Positions 25,320 through 38,399 of a DNA stretch of 64,000 bases are shown here, piece by piece. The notes beneath the pieces were generated by a model. It did not search any database. It saw only the letters and a program-made list of their open reading frames with translations, and was not told where the DNA came from. The stretch is from Ostrea edulis (Eukaryota). The translations under genes and the position numbers were made by a program. Positions within the stretch are counted from its first letter, which is position 1, and each line of letters opens with the position of its first letter. The DNA is taken from the NCBI RefSeq assembly GCF_947568905.1, contig NC_079173.1, positions 36,208,001-36,272,000 of the forward strand. The letters run 5' to 3'.

Positions 25320-27147
25320 TTTTGAGTAAACTCAGGTGACCTATTGCAATTGGTTTTCGTCCGTCGTCCGTCGTGCGTTAACAGTATTATTGAACATTTT
25401 AAACTTATTCCAGTCCAATTCTTTTCAAATTTGGTATGAAGCATCATTGGGATAAGGGGGACATAAATTGTAAATTTCACGACTCTAGCACCCCTGAGGC
25501 CCTAGGGGCTGGGCAAAAACTGCCCAAAATTGACCAATTTTCAAAAATATTCTTCTCGGGAACCACACACGTGTAAGAAAAACTAAATGCATAGTGATGT
25601 AGAACAGGACAACCTCTACCAAAATTGTAAATTTCATGATTCCCGGGGTAGGGGTTCTGACCCCAGGGCGGGGCCAAACTTGTTATATAGTGTTTATGTG
25701 CAAAACACTTTAATAACATCTCCTTTAATGTTATTGATACTAAATTGAAAGTAAATAGATATTTAGGAAGAACAGGTAGTCCTTTACCAAAATTGTAAAT
25801 TTGATTATTCCAGGGGTAGGGGTTTTGGTATCAGGGTGGGGCCAAAATGGTCAGTTATTAAATGTGTGAACAATAGACATTTTTAACTTCTTTTAATAAC
25901 TATCATTCCAATTCTTTTCAAATTTGATATGAAACATATTTAGAACAAGGGAAACATAAATTGTAAATTTCAGGATTCCTGCACCCCTGGGGCCTTAGGG
26001 GCGAGGCAAAAACTGCCCCAAAATGACAAATTTTCAAAAATCTTCTTCTCAGGAACCACATACATATAAGAAAAACTAAATGCATAGTAATGTAGTGCAG
26101 GAAGGCCTCTGCCAAATTTGTAAATTTCATGATCCCCGGGGTAGGAGTTTTGACCCCCCAAGGCGGGACCAAACTTGTTATATAGTGTCTACGTGTAAAA
26201 CACTTAAGTAACATCTTCTTTAGTGCTATTGATACTAAATTCAAAGTAAATAGATATTTAGAAAGAACAGGTAGTCCTTAACCAAAATTGTAAATTTGAT
26301 GGTCCCAGGGGTAGGGATTTTGGTATCAGGATGGGGCCAAAATGGTCAGTTTTTAAATATGTGAACAATAAACATTTAAATCTTGATAACTATCATTCCA
26401 ATTCTTTTCTTTGATATGGAACAAAGGGAACATAAATCGTAAATTTCAGGATTCCTGCACCCCTGGGGTCTATGGGGCAGGGCAAAAACTGTCCCAACAT
26501 GACAAACTTTCAAAAATCTTCTTCTCAATGACCACACATATATAAGAAAAACTAAATGCATAGTGATTTAGAGCAGGAAGGCCTCTACCAAAATTGTAAG
26601 TTTCACGATCCCCGGGGTAGGGGTTCTGACCCCAAGGCGCGACCAAACTTGTTATATAGTGTTTATGTGTAAAACACTTAAATAACATCTTCTTTAGTGC
26701 TATTGATACTAAATTGAAACTAAATGAATAGAGCAGGTACATGTAGTCTTTTACCAAAATCGTAAATTTGATTTTCCCCAGAGTAAGAGTTTTGACCCCA
26801 GGGTGGGGCCAAACTTAGTATATATAGTATTTATGTGTAGGTTTGCTAATACTGTATAAAATATATATGCATACTTAGAAATAGCAGAAAAGGATGTACA
26901 AAACATGACTTTAGGATGAGTCCAAATTAGTCATATATTTTGATGTTTTAATGTTAATACACCTATTATTTAATTTGAGGACAGTGAAGTTTTAAGAACA
27001 CATCTTGTTTTATACTGTTGCTGAACATTAGAATTTAGCTTAGATATTCAGAACAGGAAATTTTGTTCTAGATTTCATAGCCCATGGAAGTAGTGATACT
27101 TTTTCACTAGTATTCAGGTGACCGATAAGGCCTGTGGGCTTCTTGTT
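25320..27147 (-). mobile_element. Non-autonomous Helentron-like element with three internal blocks of about 480-490 bp
   Basis: Same ends as 4176-4932; internal block restarts near 25466, 25957 and 26433. Confidence 0.75.
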
Positions 27148-27305
27148 TCTTGATGATGTGTAAATGCCATTTTTGTAAATAAAACACCAATCTCAAATGT
27201 CAAGGTCGTTCTGTCACATGTCAGGTTTGTATCGACACTTTTTGAATATCCTGCCACTGCTACTACAAGTTTCTGTATTTTCTTTTTAAATTTACATATG
27301 AAACG

Positions 27306-27740
27306 ATAACGAACAGCGATCAATCTCATAATTCCTAGAAAGAATACAAAATTACAAGTAGGGCAAACACGGACCCCTGGACACACCAGAAGTGGGATTA
27401 GGTGACTAGGATGAGTAAGCACCCCCTGTTGACCAGTCACACCCGCCGTGAGCGCCCTATATCTCGATGAAGTAATCCGTAGTTAAAATTAATATGTAAA
27501 GAACAGGCTAACAATTGGTATGATACACGCCAGACAGAATTCGACCTATAAATAACGACAGGTTATATGGATTTGTAAATTAAATCCTTATAATGACCAA
27601 AGAATTTGCAAATTGCGTACTTTAAACGAGACTGTTGAAACCTCTGTGACATAAACTTATTTGTCAGTAGCCTGCCTCGATTTAAAACTGATCACACGCA
27701 GAACATGTATATTAACTTTGCACAAGAAGTTTTACACCAA
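27306..27740 (-). mobile_element. PLE 3' end (same family as 9690-10185)
   Basis: Shares ctcacggcgggtgtgac...cacctaatcccac...gtccaggggtccgtgtttgccc and RT C-terminal remnants. Confidence 0.7.
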
Positions 27741-28129
27741 TAATTTTGTATGAGTAGATTAGGATTTTGAATATATGTGGCCAACAGTGTAGCTATATTT
27801 CAGATTTCTGAATTTTCTTTCCATTTCCATCTGCCGTCATGATTGCGTGATATTTTGTTAATTTATGCATCTTGTAATAATTGCTTTTCTTATTAAACCA
27901 TAGATGGCCTTATATGCAAATTCTAAATTTGCATATATTTTCGTATTCTGTCAACATGACCATACAATATTCTACTTTAGAAGTTATAGGCATCTTCATT
28001 AGGATTGACAGAATGTATATTCAATATCTGATGTTTGCAGCTCCGCTCTGGCGGCCGTTTCACCAACTGATCGTAAACAGACTTTGTCGTGCACGTATAC
28101 GAGCGTTCTACGAGTCATAGCAATACAGT

Positions 28130-28695
28130 AGTGCAACATTTAGCGTTCTACGGGTCATAGCAGTAGTCGTAGCATTTGATAGCAGTAGTCGTAGCATTTC
28201 ATAGTAGTAGTGGTAGTATTCATAGCAGTAGTGGTAGCATTCATAGCAGTAGTGGTAGCATTTTATAGCAGTAGTGGTAGCATTCATAGCACTAGTGGTA
28301 GCATTCATAGCAGTAGTGGTAGCATTCATAGCAGTAGTGGTAGTATTCATAGCAGTAGTCGTAGCATTTTATAGCAGTAGTGGTAGCATTCATAGCAGTA
28401 GTGGTAGCATTCATAGCAGTAGTGGTAGTATTCATAGCAGTAGTGGTAGTATTCATAGCAGTAGTCGTAGCATTTTATAGCAGTAGTGGTAACATTCATA
28501 GCAGTAGTGGTAGCATTCATAGCAGTAGTGGTAGTATTCATAGCAGTAGTGGTAGTATTCATAGCAGTAGTCGTAGCATTTCATAGTAGTAGTGGTAGCA
28601 TTCATAGCAGTAGTGGTAGTATTCATAGCAGTAGTCGTAGCATTCATAGCAGTAGTCGTAGCATTTCATAGTAGTGGTCGTAGCATTTCATAGCG
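28130..28695. repeat. Minisatellite, 21-22-bp unit tagcattcatagcagtagtgg, with 106-bp higher-order period
   Basis: The gtagcattt variant recurs at 28255, 28361, 28467 and 28573. Confidence 0.95.
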
Positions 28696-28973
28696 CAGGC
28701 GCACTTACTTTTGCGATTTACATGTCAGGATAATATAGGACAGACTAATTTTCCTTAATGTTTATGGAACTTAGTATTGAAAAATAAAGCACAATCTCAA
28801 AAATTATAAATGCCATATTTTAAGGACACTCCATGCTCAAGTGACCCTTATATCAACGTGTTCACCGAGAAGTAATCAATATACAAGTCATGTATATCAA
28901 TCATAAAATAATTAAAATACGAAGTAAGAATTCATACACTTGTATAAATATTGTTGAAAATTATAACAGGATT

Positions 28974-29120
28974 AAACATTCCTTTTGAAGAATTTATCGA
29001 TGTGTGAACTCTGGACATTTTACTCACAAACTGAATTAAAGTGCGAAGCACTTTTATGTTAAGTTTGCGAGTAAAATGTCCAGAGTTTACACATCGATAA
29101 ATTCTTCAAAAAGAATGTTT
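28974..29120. repeat. Fold-back hairpin, 59-bp arms
   Basis: 28974-29032 versus 29062-29120, 3 mismatches; inner stem aaagtgc-gaa-gcacttt. Confidence 0.9.
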
Positions 29121-31751
29121 GATTCTTATAATTCCAATACTTATCATTTCCATTAGTGGAACTCTTCAAATTAAAGGCGCGTAAAGTCGTGCTACCGGGA
29201 CAACATACGTAAACATTACTTAGGCATACATAATATAAATTATGGTATCGGATACATATTATATATAACCGACTGCAAACCACAACACTGATTAAAATTC
29301 TAAAGTCAAATTTAGGAATTGATTATTCTTACAAGAAAACAGACGAACTTATTAAACTATGTGAGGGAGAGAAGGTACTAAATCTGCCAAATCTGACCGA
29401 TATAAAGCATCAATCGCAAGAAGAACTGTGAAGGGAAAAACCTATATGCACATCCAACACAAGAACCTTTCTTGTAATTAATGTGATTAATATGTTTTTA
29501 AAGTCTGTCAGACTATGAAGACATTCTATTTTATCATACAATTAGGACAGGTTCATATGGACTTGGTAATCGTACACGAAACCCCCCCCCCCCCCCCCGC
29601 CCTTCAATTTCCATATTTAAGAACAAGTTATATATATATGCCAAACTGCATTTTTAAAGACGTTTATAACACTAATTAACACAACTAATGCGTTTCCAAA
29701 CTGCATTTAAGCTATTTTGAAAATTACAAAATATTGATGGATTTAGGACAGAGAACATCATTGTTTGGAATTTTTAAAATAGGTGTGGTGGAGTTTAAAA
29801 ACATGTAAAAATTTTAATACGATTGTGTTAGAATATTTGAAAAATGCAGTTTGACCGATGGTTATTTTATTTAAAAATACACCATGTATTTTAACTCTTA
29901 AAAAAAGGGGGGTGGGGTGGTATGGCCGTTTCGTTTATGTCCCAGTAATCTCGCACTTGCTCGCGAGACTTGTGCATTTTCTTACCAATGACGCACAAGA
30001 GTCACCAAAGCGCGATAACTCTAACGAGCTGGTAATGAGAAGTATTCGTTCCCTGTATCATCAATTTCAATAATTTGAATAGTTTCCCCGCACTATGTTT
30101 TTTGTTTTCAGGCGCGTATGTATACAAAGCGTTTTTGGATTTATTGATGTGTAAATTCTCCTTCAGATTTATTTTTGTCCAATCTAAACAATTGTAATAA
30201 ATAACATTGGAATTATACTATGGTAACAAACACATTCAAATATTTACATCTTTGTATAAATTACAAACAATATAGTCTAATTAATTAGCCCCATTTTTCG
30301 CAAGCTTTAAGGCCGTTATTATTGTATCCTTATTTAAATCAAGGATCCATCGACTTTCTCCCTCCATATCTCCAAGAAGTCGAGTAAATAATGGCACAGA
30401 CTGACTTCAGGCAGAGCCAGCATGACAGCCGTGCCGTTGTAATCATTTACTTTATATTGCGCGTAGAAGTGTTTACGACAGCCGTACAGTGCAGTTACGA
30501 TCAATATTGGTCGTAAATCACAATTCTTAACTTTAGTGAAACGGACGTACCCGACACCTCTACGTGTTACGTTCGGTTAGTGAAACGGTCGCTTGGTTCC
30601 CTACCCACCAAACTCATTTTAAATTGCATCCAGTTTACGCGCTAAAAATGTCCATCCTAGCATTCGGGAACACTGTATTCAGACAGAAGTACGACCATTC
30701 CCAAAGTTGTTATTGGCCTCAGTGTTCTTTAGTATTATGTACTCATTTCAATTGTCTTAAGCCTAACAGTCAAGATTACAGAGAAGACATTTTCAGGATC
30801 CCGCTTCCGCATTCCAGTCCCTGACAATGAATTTCACAATTTAGGTGGCCTTGTCCATCAATTTTGGAAGCTTTAAGGGATAGGGATTACGGAATTCACG
30901 ATATATGTTATCATTACAGCATACATACTTTATACACATGTACCAAATTTAGCAACATGATCCAGTAGTGGTTCATAAGAAATAAACTGGTAACCTGTTG
31001 ACCTCGCTCCTCTCGTGTACAACAGGTAAGCGCCAATTTTTGACAGCCAGTATTTGCATTCTCTACCCAGAGTTCCGTGCGCTCCTCGCACTACACCTCT
31101 GTCAACAGCTTTTTACAGAAATCTTGTAAAAGTTTCTATTATCCAACATATATGTTTTGGAATAAATATTTAGTCATATTATGATATGCTTTGGTGCAAT
31201 CAAATTGATGCTTACTGTAAATTGTTTAAAATCGCCGGGGTTTTTTTTGTCCTAAATTTGGAACTACAGTCTACTTCGTAATATGCGTATGAATGTAGGA
31301 CATACACGTAGTGGATATTTAAATGTAAACATAGAATCAAAAGTAACAAAGGCTTTAAAAATACGATAAAACTTGTAAAATAAGAGACAAACAGCAAAAT
31401 AGTAAATATGTACTTATTAAAGTGCCAGTGGGTTATGAAAAGAGCCTGATGTATCACCTGTTGCCTGAACTTTTAAAGGGAAAGGAAACCGAGAATGATT
31501 GTTTATATCATGTGATTATATTGTTACGTGATTCCAAGCGTTGACAGAGGTGTATGAGAAGCTTGCGTAACGAGCCCTCTGGTGAGAGACTGCCAGTATT
31601 TGGGCTGTATCGTTATCTCACGCGTATTACGAGAGTTCATTTCAAAACAACAACGACGCTAGCGATGACGTCACAGTCGACTACATTATGTTACGAATAT
31701 ATGCGGTGAAGTATGAAGCGCGAGATTCGAGAAAGCTAAAACGGCGCTACC

Positions 31752-31846
31752 CAATCTAATTAAAATCAGACTTCTTAGATCCGCGCATTATACTCTGCGT
31801 AAGAGTATACGGCGCGGATCTAAGAAGTCTGAATTTAATTAGAATG
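31752..31846. mobile_element. 95-bp hairpin MITE with 10-bp TSD
   Basis: 35-bp TIRs with 2 mismatches; cggcgctacc at 31742-31751 and 31847-31856. Confidence 0.82.
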
Positions 31847-32222
31847 CGGCGCTACCATTGGGAATCTCTACAGTGCGACATGAAAATTAATTGACCAATG
31901 AAATTGGCTCATTTGCGCTAATCAAAGTACCGCTTACCCGTTGTAGCGGGGAACCAGTTTACAGAAGAAATTGCACAGAGAGCAATAGGTCATCGTGATG
32001 ACTCGGATGAATTAAAATTTCCTTGCTTCAGATGAAATTTAAACACGTTCAGTGAGGATACATTAATGTTTTGATCATGGGAACTCGCTTACCTTCTTAA
32101 AACAATAAACATTTTAATTGATCCATTTATATTTATATTATTAATCCAAGTAGCATATACATTTGTTATAGAAAAACTCACTGGTGTACACATGTCACAA
32201 TCTATACATTAATTCTGCATCG

Positions 32223-33164
32223 TTAAAGTCTCGTTGTCATCATTGGCGAGGGTGGATTTTGCATGCAGATCAAATCCCGTCTAGAATCTTTATGTCTTTT
32301 GGCGAATGTCTTTAACAATGATTGGAATAATACACGGGCTCTCTTTGAATAAATAAAGTAAATGATTGGGTTGACCGATGCATTCACCAACCACATGATT
32401 CTAGCAACGATCAAGATGTGTTTACATTGTCTTTCATCTTGGCAAACCTTGTTGTAATTGAGTATAAAACAAATTGGAAATAGCAGAGCTGATAATATGT
32501 AAATGAAAAGAATCACAGTAAGCATGCGCGACATTCGCCGGATGTGACGTTTTAGATCTGGAATATTGATAGAATGATGCAGTTCATGTACCTTTTGAAC
32601 ATGAAAAAATACCATGAAACACACAGGCACTACTAATAAGTAACCCCTAAAGCTGAGAACGACGATCTGTATGTCAATCTCTGGAATTCTGAACCGGAAT
32701 ATGAAATATAAACCTCCAAATATCACACTAAATATCCACAATGCAATAGACCATCTGATTATTGTGCGAGTTTGTATCAGACGTGCTTTGATTGGATTCC
32801 TTATGTAAAAGTATCGAAGCCCTAAAAACAAAATCACGTGGGCCGCCGACGCATGCGTAGTCGCGTACGTCATTGCCATGAACAGATCTCCATACTCGTT
32901 TCCAATCCGCTGGTTAACGTTCTCCACGACAGCCTGGACGATGTAGCATACCAAACAAGCAAGGTCAGCTAGCACCAGTGTAGCCAACACCATGTAAGTA
33001 GGCTTATGAAAGGCCGGGTCACTCACAATTTTTGTTATGGCTATCGTATTTCCAATTATCCCCAAAGATGTTAAGAACACAACAACGACCGCAAAATCCA
33101 CGGACTCCAATTCTAAATACACCGGTATTATATGTTCAGGTCTGTCGATATCTGAGGTGTTCAT
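32223..33164 (-). CDS. Class A (rhodopsin-like) orphan GPCR, single coding exon, about 313 aa
   Basis: Seven hydrophobic segments; GN (TM1), LADL (TM2), LRY in place of DRY, W (TM4), P (TM5/6), NASVNPIIY (TM7); ATG at 33164; acceptor at 33181. Confidence 0.9.
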   Translation of the reverse strand: MNTSDIDRPEHIIPVYLELESVDFAVVVVFLTSLGIIGNTIAITKIVSDPAFHKPTYMVLATLVLADLACLVCYIVQAVVENVNQRIGNEYGDLFMAMTYATTHASAAHVILFLGLRYFYIRNPIKARLIQTRTIIRWSIALWIFSVIFGGLYFIFRFRIPEIDIQIVVLSFRGYLLVVPVCFMVFFHVQKVHELHHSINIPDLKRHIRRMSRMLTVILFIYILSALLFPICFILNYNKVCQDERQCKHILIVARIMWLVNASVNPIIYFIYSKRARVLFQSLLKTFAKRHKDSRRDLICMQNPPSPMMTTRL

Positions 33165-33499
33165 CCTCACACGAAGGTAACTGTATAAAAATAGTTATAT
33201 TTAGTAACAGGTATCATGTATACATGCATTAGTTATGGAGGAACGTGACAGAAATGTGCTCAGTCTTGTGCCAGATTTCAGCTACATCTCTTACCCCTAT
33301 TTTCTTGCAAACTGATATTGCTTTCTGTTGATTTCAAGGTTACAGGTAAAAAGCCAAGGTCAGTGGAAGGGGAAATCTATGAATTTCTTGTGTGCAGGTT
33401 ACGTTCGTTATCCGTATTTTGTCAGATTTGCAAGAATACCCTTCACGAATTTCATTTTCAGGAATGTTACTTTATATGCAAATCCGGTGGTGTGGAATG

Positions 33500-33750
33500 T
33501 AACAGTACTAGCAATTACACAGGTACCTGTACTAACAATTACACAGGTACCTGTACTAACAATTACAAAGGTACCTGTACTAACAGTTACACAAGTACCT
33601 GTACTAACAATTACACAGGTACCTGTACTAACAATTACACAAGTACCTGTACTAACAATTACAAAAGTACCTGTACTAACAGTTACACAAGTAATTACAC
33701 AAGTACATGTACCTGTACTAACAGTTACACAAGTACCTGTACTAACAATT
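33500..33750. repeat. Minisatellite, 21-bp unit acctgtactaacaattacaca(g/a)gt family
   Basis: About 12 copies; explains the repetitive ORFs at 33318-33828. Confidence 0.93.
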
Positions 33751-34388
33751 GAAAGACATGTAAAGTTAAACTTGTCCAACCAAAGGGAGGTTACAACCTC
33801 TGAAGTCCTCCAAGATACGCCACTCTGAAAAATTATAGAGGAGGGGTGCCACTCCCCGACTCCCCTTCTGGATCCGCCAATGAGTTGAAATACGTTTGTT
33901 TAAGGATTTCACTGACATACACGTTCAGATGAATCATGGATGATGCATTTTTTAAAAAGTAATTTATTTATCTGGACGGTGAGTGGAGGAAAGGGATTAT
34001 AATTAGGGGGGGGGGGGGGGCAGTTACTATGGATGATGATATTCATAATTTGATTGTTTTAATCATCACATTTAAACGAATTATTCTCCCAAGTTATTTT
34101 TATCAAATGTAATACATTGCCATTGTGTTTGGTTACTTGTCATTTTAAGAAACATCCATGTTTCTGTGTTAATACATATGCAAGGCACCACGTAGAGGGT
34201 ACACAGCGGCTAATGGGGTTAGATTTCACGAAATTATACGTTGTTAGAATCCATCAACTTAACAATTAACGTTTAATACGATTTTTTTCATTCAGAAATA
34301 TAACATTTTCGTTGATAAGATAAAAATGTTGATCTCGGTTTGACTATCCGTTTTCGTTGTGGATTTAGTAAAATCTTTCATGAGCATC

Positions 34389-34564
34389 GTAACTGGTAAT
34401 TAGTAATCTATATATTTAGATAAAGGCTTTCGGTAACTGGTAATTAGTAATCTATATATTTAGATAAAGGCTTTCGGTAACTGGTAATTAGTAATCTATA
34501 TATTTAGATAAAGGCTTTCGGTAACTGGTAATTAGTAATCTATATATTTAGATAAAGGCTTTCG
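34389..34564. repeat. 44-bp tandem repeat, 4 copies
   Basis: gtaactggtaattagtaatctatatatttagataaaggctttcg. Confidence 0.95.
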
Positions 34565-34700
34565 GTTTTCCAACTTTTTTCCTAACCTTAAGGATTTACG
34601 TTATCTCTGAAAATTAACTATTTGAAGAAACTCCTTACGTTACACATGTATTAATGTATATGTGATACCTCAAAACCATATATATATATATGTATGTATG

Positions 34701-34751
<51 letters not shown>

Positions 34752-35596
34752 AATTTTCTCCACGTACCATTGTGACGATTTCATACAACCCATGTATTTT
34801 TTCCAATTATTTACATTTTCGAAATCTTTCAAAGAAATAATTGTTTTACGTTAAATTGTACGATCACTGGCACGTAAGTATTTTTATAAAAAATTATAAA
34901 TGAAACATCAAAAGTTTGTTTCTGGAAAAAAAACTGTAACATTTCATACTAGCGTTTCAAGCATTCTTGCCGAATACTATTAAACAAATTGTGAGAAAGT
35001 TTTAGTAATTCAAGCAAAGGAATGCGTATAATTCCAAGCCATGTAAAATCTTACCGTGAAACATCCAGAATACTCTATAACTGTCCTCCGTCGATAAATA
35101 TCAAAATGACATCAGAATTCACATTGGGGCTCTCTTTTATAATTCAATCGATCACTATCACCGGTTTTAACCCAGCTGTAGACGCTGTCGATTTTCAGTC
35201 CACTTGTGATTTTATTATTAATGCCCGAGATTTATACCGGATGTTTTTTAGGACTGAGGAATCGTGATGGGCAATCCGTGTTTATTTCATCAATCAGAAC
35301 AATGCAGATGTTTTCCGATATTGCTTTTTAACGACTAGACGCCATTATCGTTTGGACGCGATCAAATGTACAATCATACGGGACATTGAGTGTCGTATTG
35401 TTAACGGTGCAGATGGAGTTTTTGTTGGTTTATGTACCCCTGAAATCCAGTCTTTCGAGATAATATATCCTCACCTAGAATATAGTGCACGTGTCCTTGC
35501 AAACTTGAATCTGAGTAACATCAAATATACGTCATAACCTTTTTGCACCCACCCGTCTATAGGCAGCCTGTGCATTACATACTTTTTTGTCTGGAT

Positions 35597-35885
35597 TTAA
35601 TAAGAATTGCCATTATTTTTTATAAGAATTGCCATTATTTTTTTTAATAAGAATTAGCATTATTTTAGATAAGAATTAGCATTATTTTAGATAAGAATTA
35701 CCATTATTTTTTTTTATAAGAATTACCATTATTTTTAATAAGAATTACCATTATTTTTATATTATTTTTAATAAGAATTACCATTATCTTTTTAATAAGA
35801 ATTACCATGATTTTTTAAAATAAGAATTACCATTATTTTTGATAAGAATTACCATTATATTTTATAAGAATTACCATTATTTTTA
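35597..35885. repeat. Minisatellite, ataagaattaccatta plus variable T-run (about 20-24 bp)
   Basis: About 13 copies seen directly. Confidence 0.92.
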
Positions 35886-36334
35886 AGTGTCCAAATACGA
35901 TTAACAATCACGCGGGATACATTCATCATAGTAAGAAAAAATAATACTGTTAACAATTGAACTTCACAATGTAGTTTTCCATATCCTTGGTTTAATATTA
36001 GGTTAAAACATGTAGGGGATGGTAAAGATTAAGAATGACAGTAAAAGGTATTTTTGTAGTTATTTTTACCGGTTGAAGTAACGATAATCGTAATTTTTCT
36101 CCACTTTCCAAATCCTTCCTCATTGGGTAGAAACTACAATTGCTCTAGATAGTGGTATTATAAAACGTTAAATGCATGTGCGTCGTGTACATTTTCAACT
36201 TTTGGACGAATGCTATTGGGTCATTCTCTTTCCAAAATTGACATGTGGTATTAGATGTATTTAAGTGAAGATACAAAAATGGTCCCTATCTCTCTGGGTT
36301 ATAAACGTGACTAAAATTGACTGATTGTTTTACG

Positions 36335-36592
36335 TACTGTCGAGAATTCTTCACCAAATGTAGGGAAAATACCACAAAGGACCATAGCAGTGAGAGTTTT
36401 TTTTTTTCGTGTCAACACCTGCCGCGACGCGGGACCTCCGTTTTTAAGGTCATATCCGAAAGACCCGTGAAACTCACTTTTAAATATCGAGCGTTATTTT
36501 AGGTTTGGCACGGCCATGGCAGGAGCGGGGCTCGAACTCAGGACCTCCCGGTAATGAAGCGAACGCTCTATCTCTGAGCTACCGCGACCGGT
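36335..36592 (-). mobile_element. tRNA-derived SINE
   Basis: Head ggtcgcggtagctcagagatagagc (A box) and gagttcgagcccc (B box), followed by the shared central domain. Confidence 0.72.
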
Positions 36593-36689
36593 TAGAAAAA
36601 GTGCAATCTTTAAAATGATGAGCAGGAAGCCTCAACAAAAGTATAAAATTCGTGGCATAATTGCCACGGTTCTGCTGCTAGAGTAGGCT

Positions 36690-36960
36690 TTTTGAAAGGT
36701 GAAGATAAGGAACGGTGTTCAATCTCATAATTCCTATAAGCAATACAAAATAGAGAGTTGGGCAAACACGGATTTCTGGACACACCAGAGGTGGGATCAG
36801 GTGCCTAGGAGGAGTAAGCATTACCTGTCGACCGGTCACATCCGCCGTGAGCCCTATATTTTGATCAGGTAAACGGAGTTATCCGTAGTCAAAATTATTG
36901 TGCCAAGAACGGCTTAACAATCGGTATGAAACACGTCAGACAGCATTTGCCCCAATGATA
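36690..36960 (-). mobile_element. PLE 3' end, single-copy 39-bp segment
   Basis: Same family as 9690-10185. Confidence 0.72.
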
Positions 36961-37609
36961 AATATTAAGAATTATGAATAGCATTTACAACAAACGAACC
37001 CTTGTGGTTCTTGAGAAAATTTTATCTGCACAACGTTGAATCCTCTTATAGCGTGGCCTTCACCACTGTTTGAACTAACGAGAATCTTCATTATATATAA
37101 ATACATGTAATTTCAAATCCTTTGCCCTATGCAGGAAACCTGTAATTACACTACATGACTGAGCTTTCTTATCAATTTAACGACTTATGTCGCTCACTTC
37201 AGTAATTCACTATTAACGAGTTACAGAAAAAATATTTATAGTTAGAATGAGGGTTTGGTTAATCTAATTTACATGTAACAAAAATTTGAATTTTAAAATT
37301 TTAAGATGAGTTTCTAAGATAGATACTATTGAAAATCTTAGAAAACAAAATTTAGTTACATGTGTTAAAAAAAATTCAACAAAAATGTCGCTAATATACA
37401 AGTAATTTTACAAAGTTAAGTATGAAGTTGTTCATTTTTCATTTCATGGGGAAAATTAATTTACCTTTGTATTTAAGCCTTTCCGCTGCCAAATTTCTTT
37501 CGTAAGACTACCAAATGAGTTTATTACTTTTATCAGTATCCAATATCTTTGAAATATTATGCATGCTGTTATAACTAATTATCGGATCCCACGTAGTCTA
37601 TGTACGGCA

Positions 37610-38075
37610 TCCTCGATTCACGGTGAGTGTGACCGGTTGACAGGGAATGCTGACTCCTTCTAGCCACCTGACCCCACCTCTGGTGTGTTCAGGGGTCCGT
37701 GTTTGTTTGACCCCACCTCTGGTGTGTTCAGGAGTCCGTGTTTGTTTGACTCCACCTCTGGTGTGTTCAGGGGTCCGTGTTTGTTTGACTCCACCTCTGG
37801 TGTGTTCAGGGGTCCGTGTTTGTTTGACCCCACCTCTGGTGTGTTCAGGGGTCCGTGTTTGTTTGACTCCACCTCTGGTGTGTTCAGGGGTCCGTGTTTG
37901 TTTGACCCCACCTCTGGTGTGTTCAGGGGTCCGTGTTTGTTTGACCCCACCTCTGGTGTGTTCAGGGGTCCGTGTTTGTTTGACTCCACCTCTGATGTGT
38001 TCAGGGGTCCGTGTTTGCTCTACTCTTAATTTTGTATTCTTTATGGGATTTATGAGATTTGTCATGGTTCGTTAT
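37610..38075 (+). mobile_element. PLE 3' end with a 39-bp segment amplified about 9 times
   Basis: Unit tgaccccacctctggtgtgttcaggggtccgtgtttgtt embedded in the family 3' UTR. Confidence 0.8.
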
Positions 38076-38399
38076 CTTCTATTTTGTAATGTTTTAATCA
38101 GACGGACTTTAAAAAAGCAAGCGATTAAGTTTGCTATAACGATAATTTATGCCATATTGGCCGGTGTTTTTACTTCTCGTGTGGATTCTGGACAGGGGCA
38201 CGGTAATGACGTCTTGGTGCTGCATTGCTTTGACTTGCATTTAACACTAGGTTGTAGCCTCATTTACTATCTGAACTGTGGATATTTGTAACATCTGTGT
38301 ATATACTAGTCATGCTAGAAAAAATATCCCTCGAGAGGTTGCGTCAAACTCACAACGGCAGCTGTTCAGCCTCAATCTGGGTCACGACACACCGTTTGA

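Noticed and set aside
28108-28671. Thr/Ala-rich and Ser-rich ORFs
   Set aside because: Artefacts of the minisatellite; open in several frames on both strands.
30370-30580. Open minus-strand frame (KNCDLRPILIVTALYGCRKHFY...)
   Set aside because: No recognisable domain, start codon or linked exons; cannot be supported as coding.
33318-33828. NNYTGTCT / TITQVPVL repeat ORFs
   Set aside because: They arise from the 21-bp minisatellite; there is no supported gene structure.
36520-36592. Functional tRNA gene (similar heads at 21790-21841 and 23410-23462)
   Set aside because: A and B boxes run directly into SINE body sequence, and the cloverleaf is incomplete.
37598-38291. Repetitive ORFs on both strands
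   Set aside because: They are translations of the 39-bp array.
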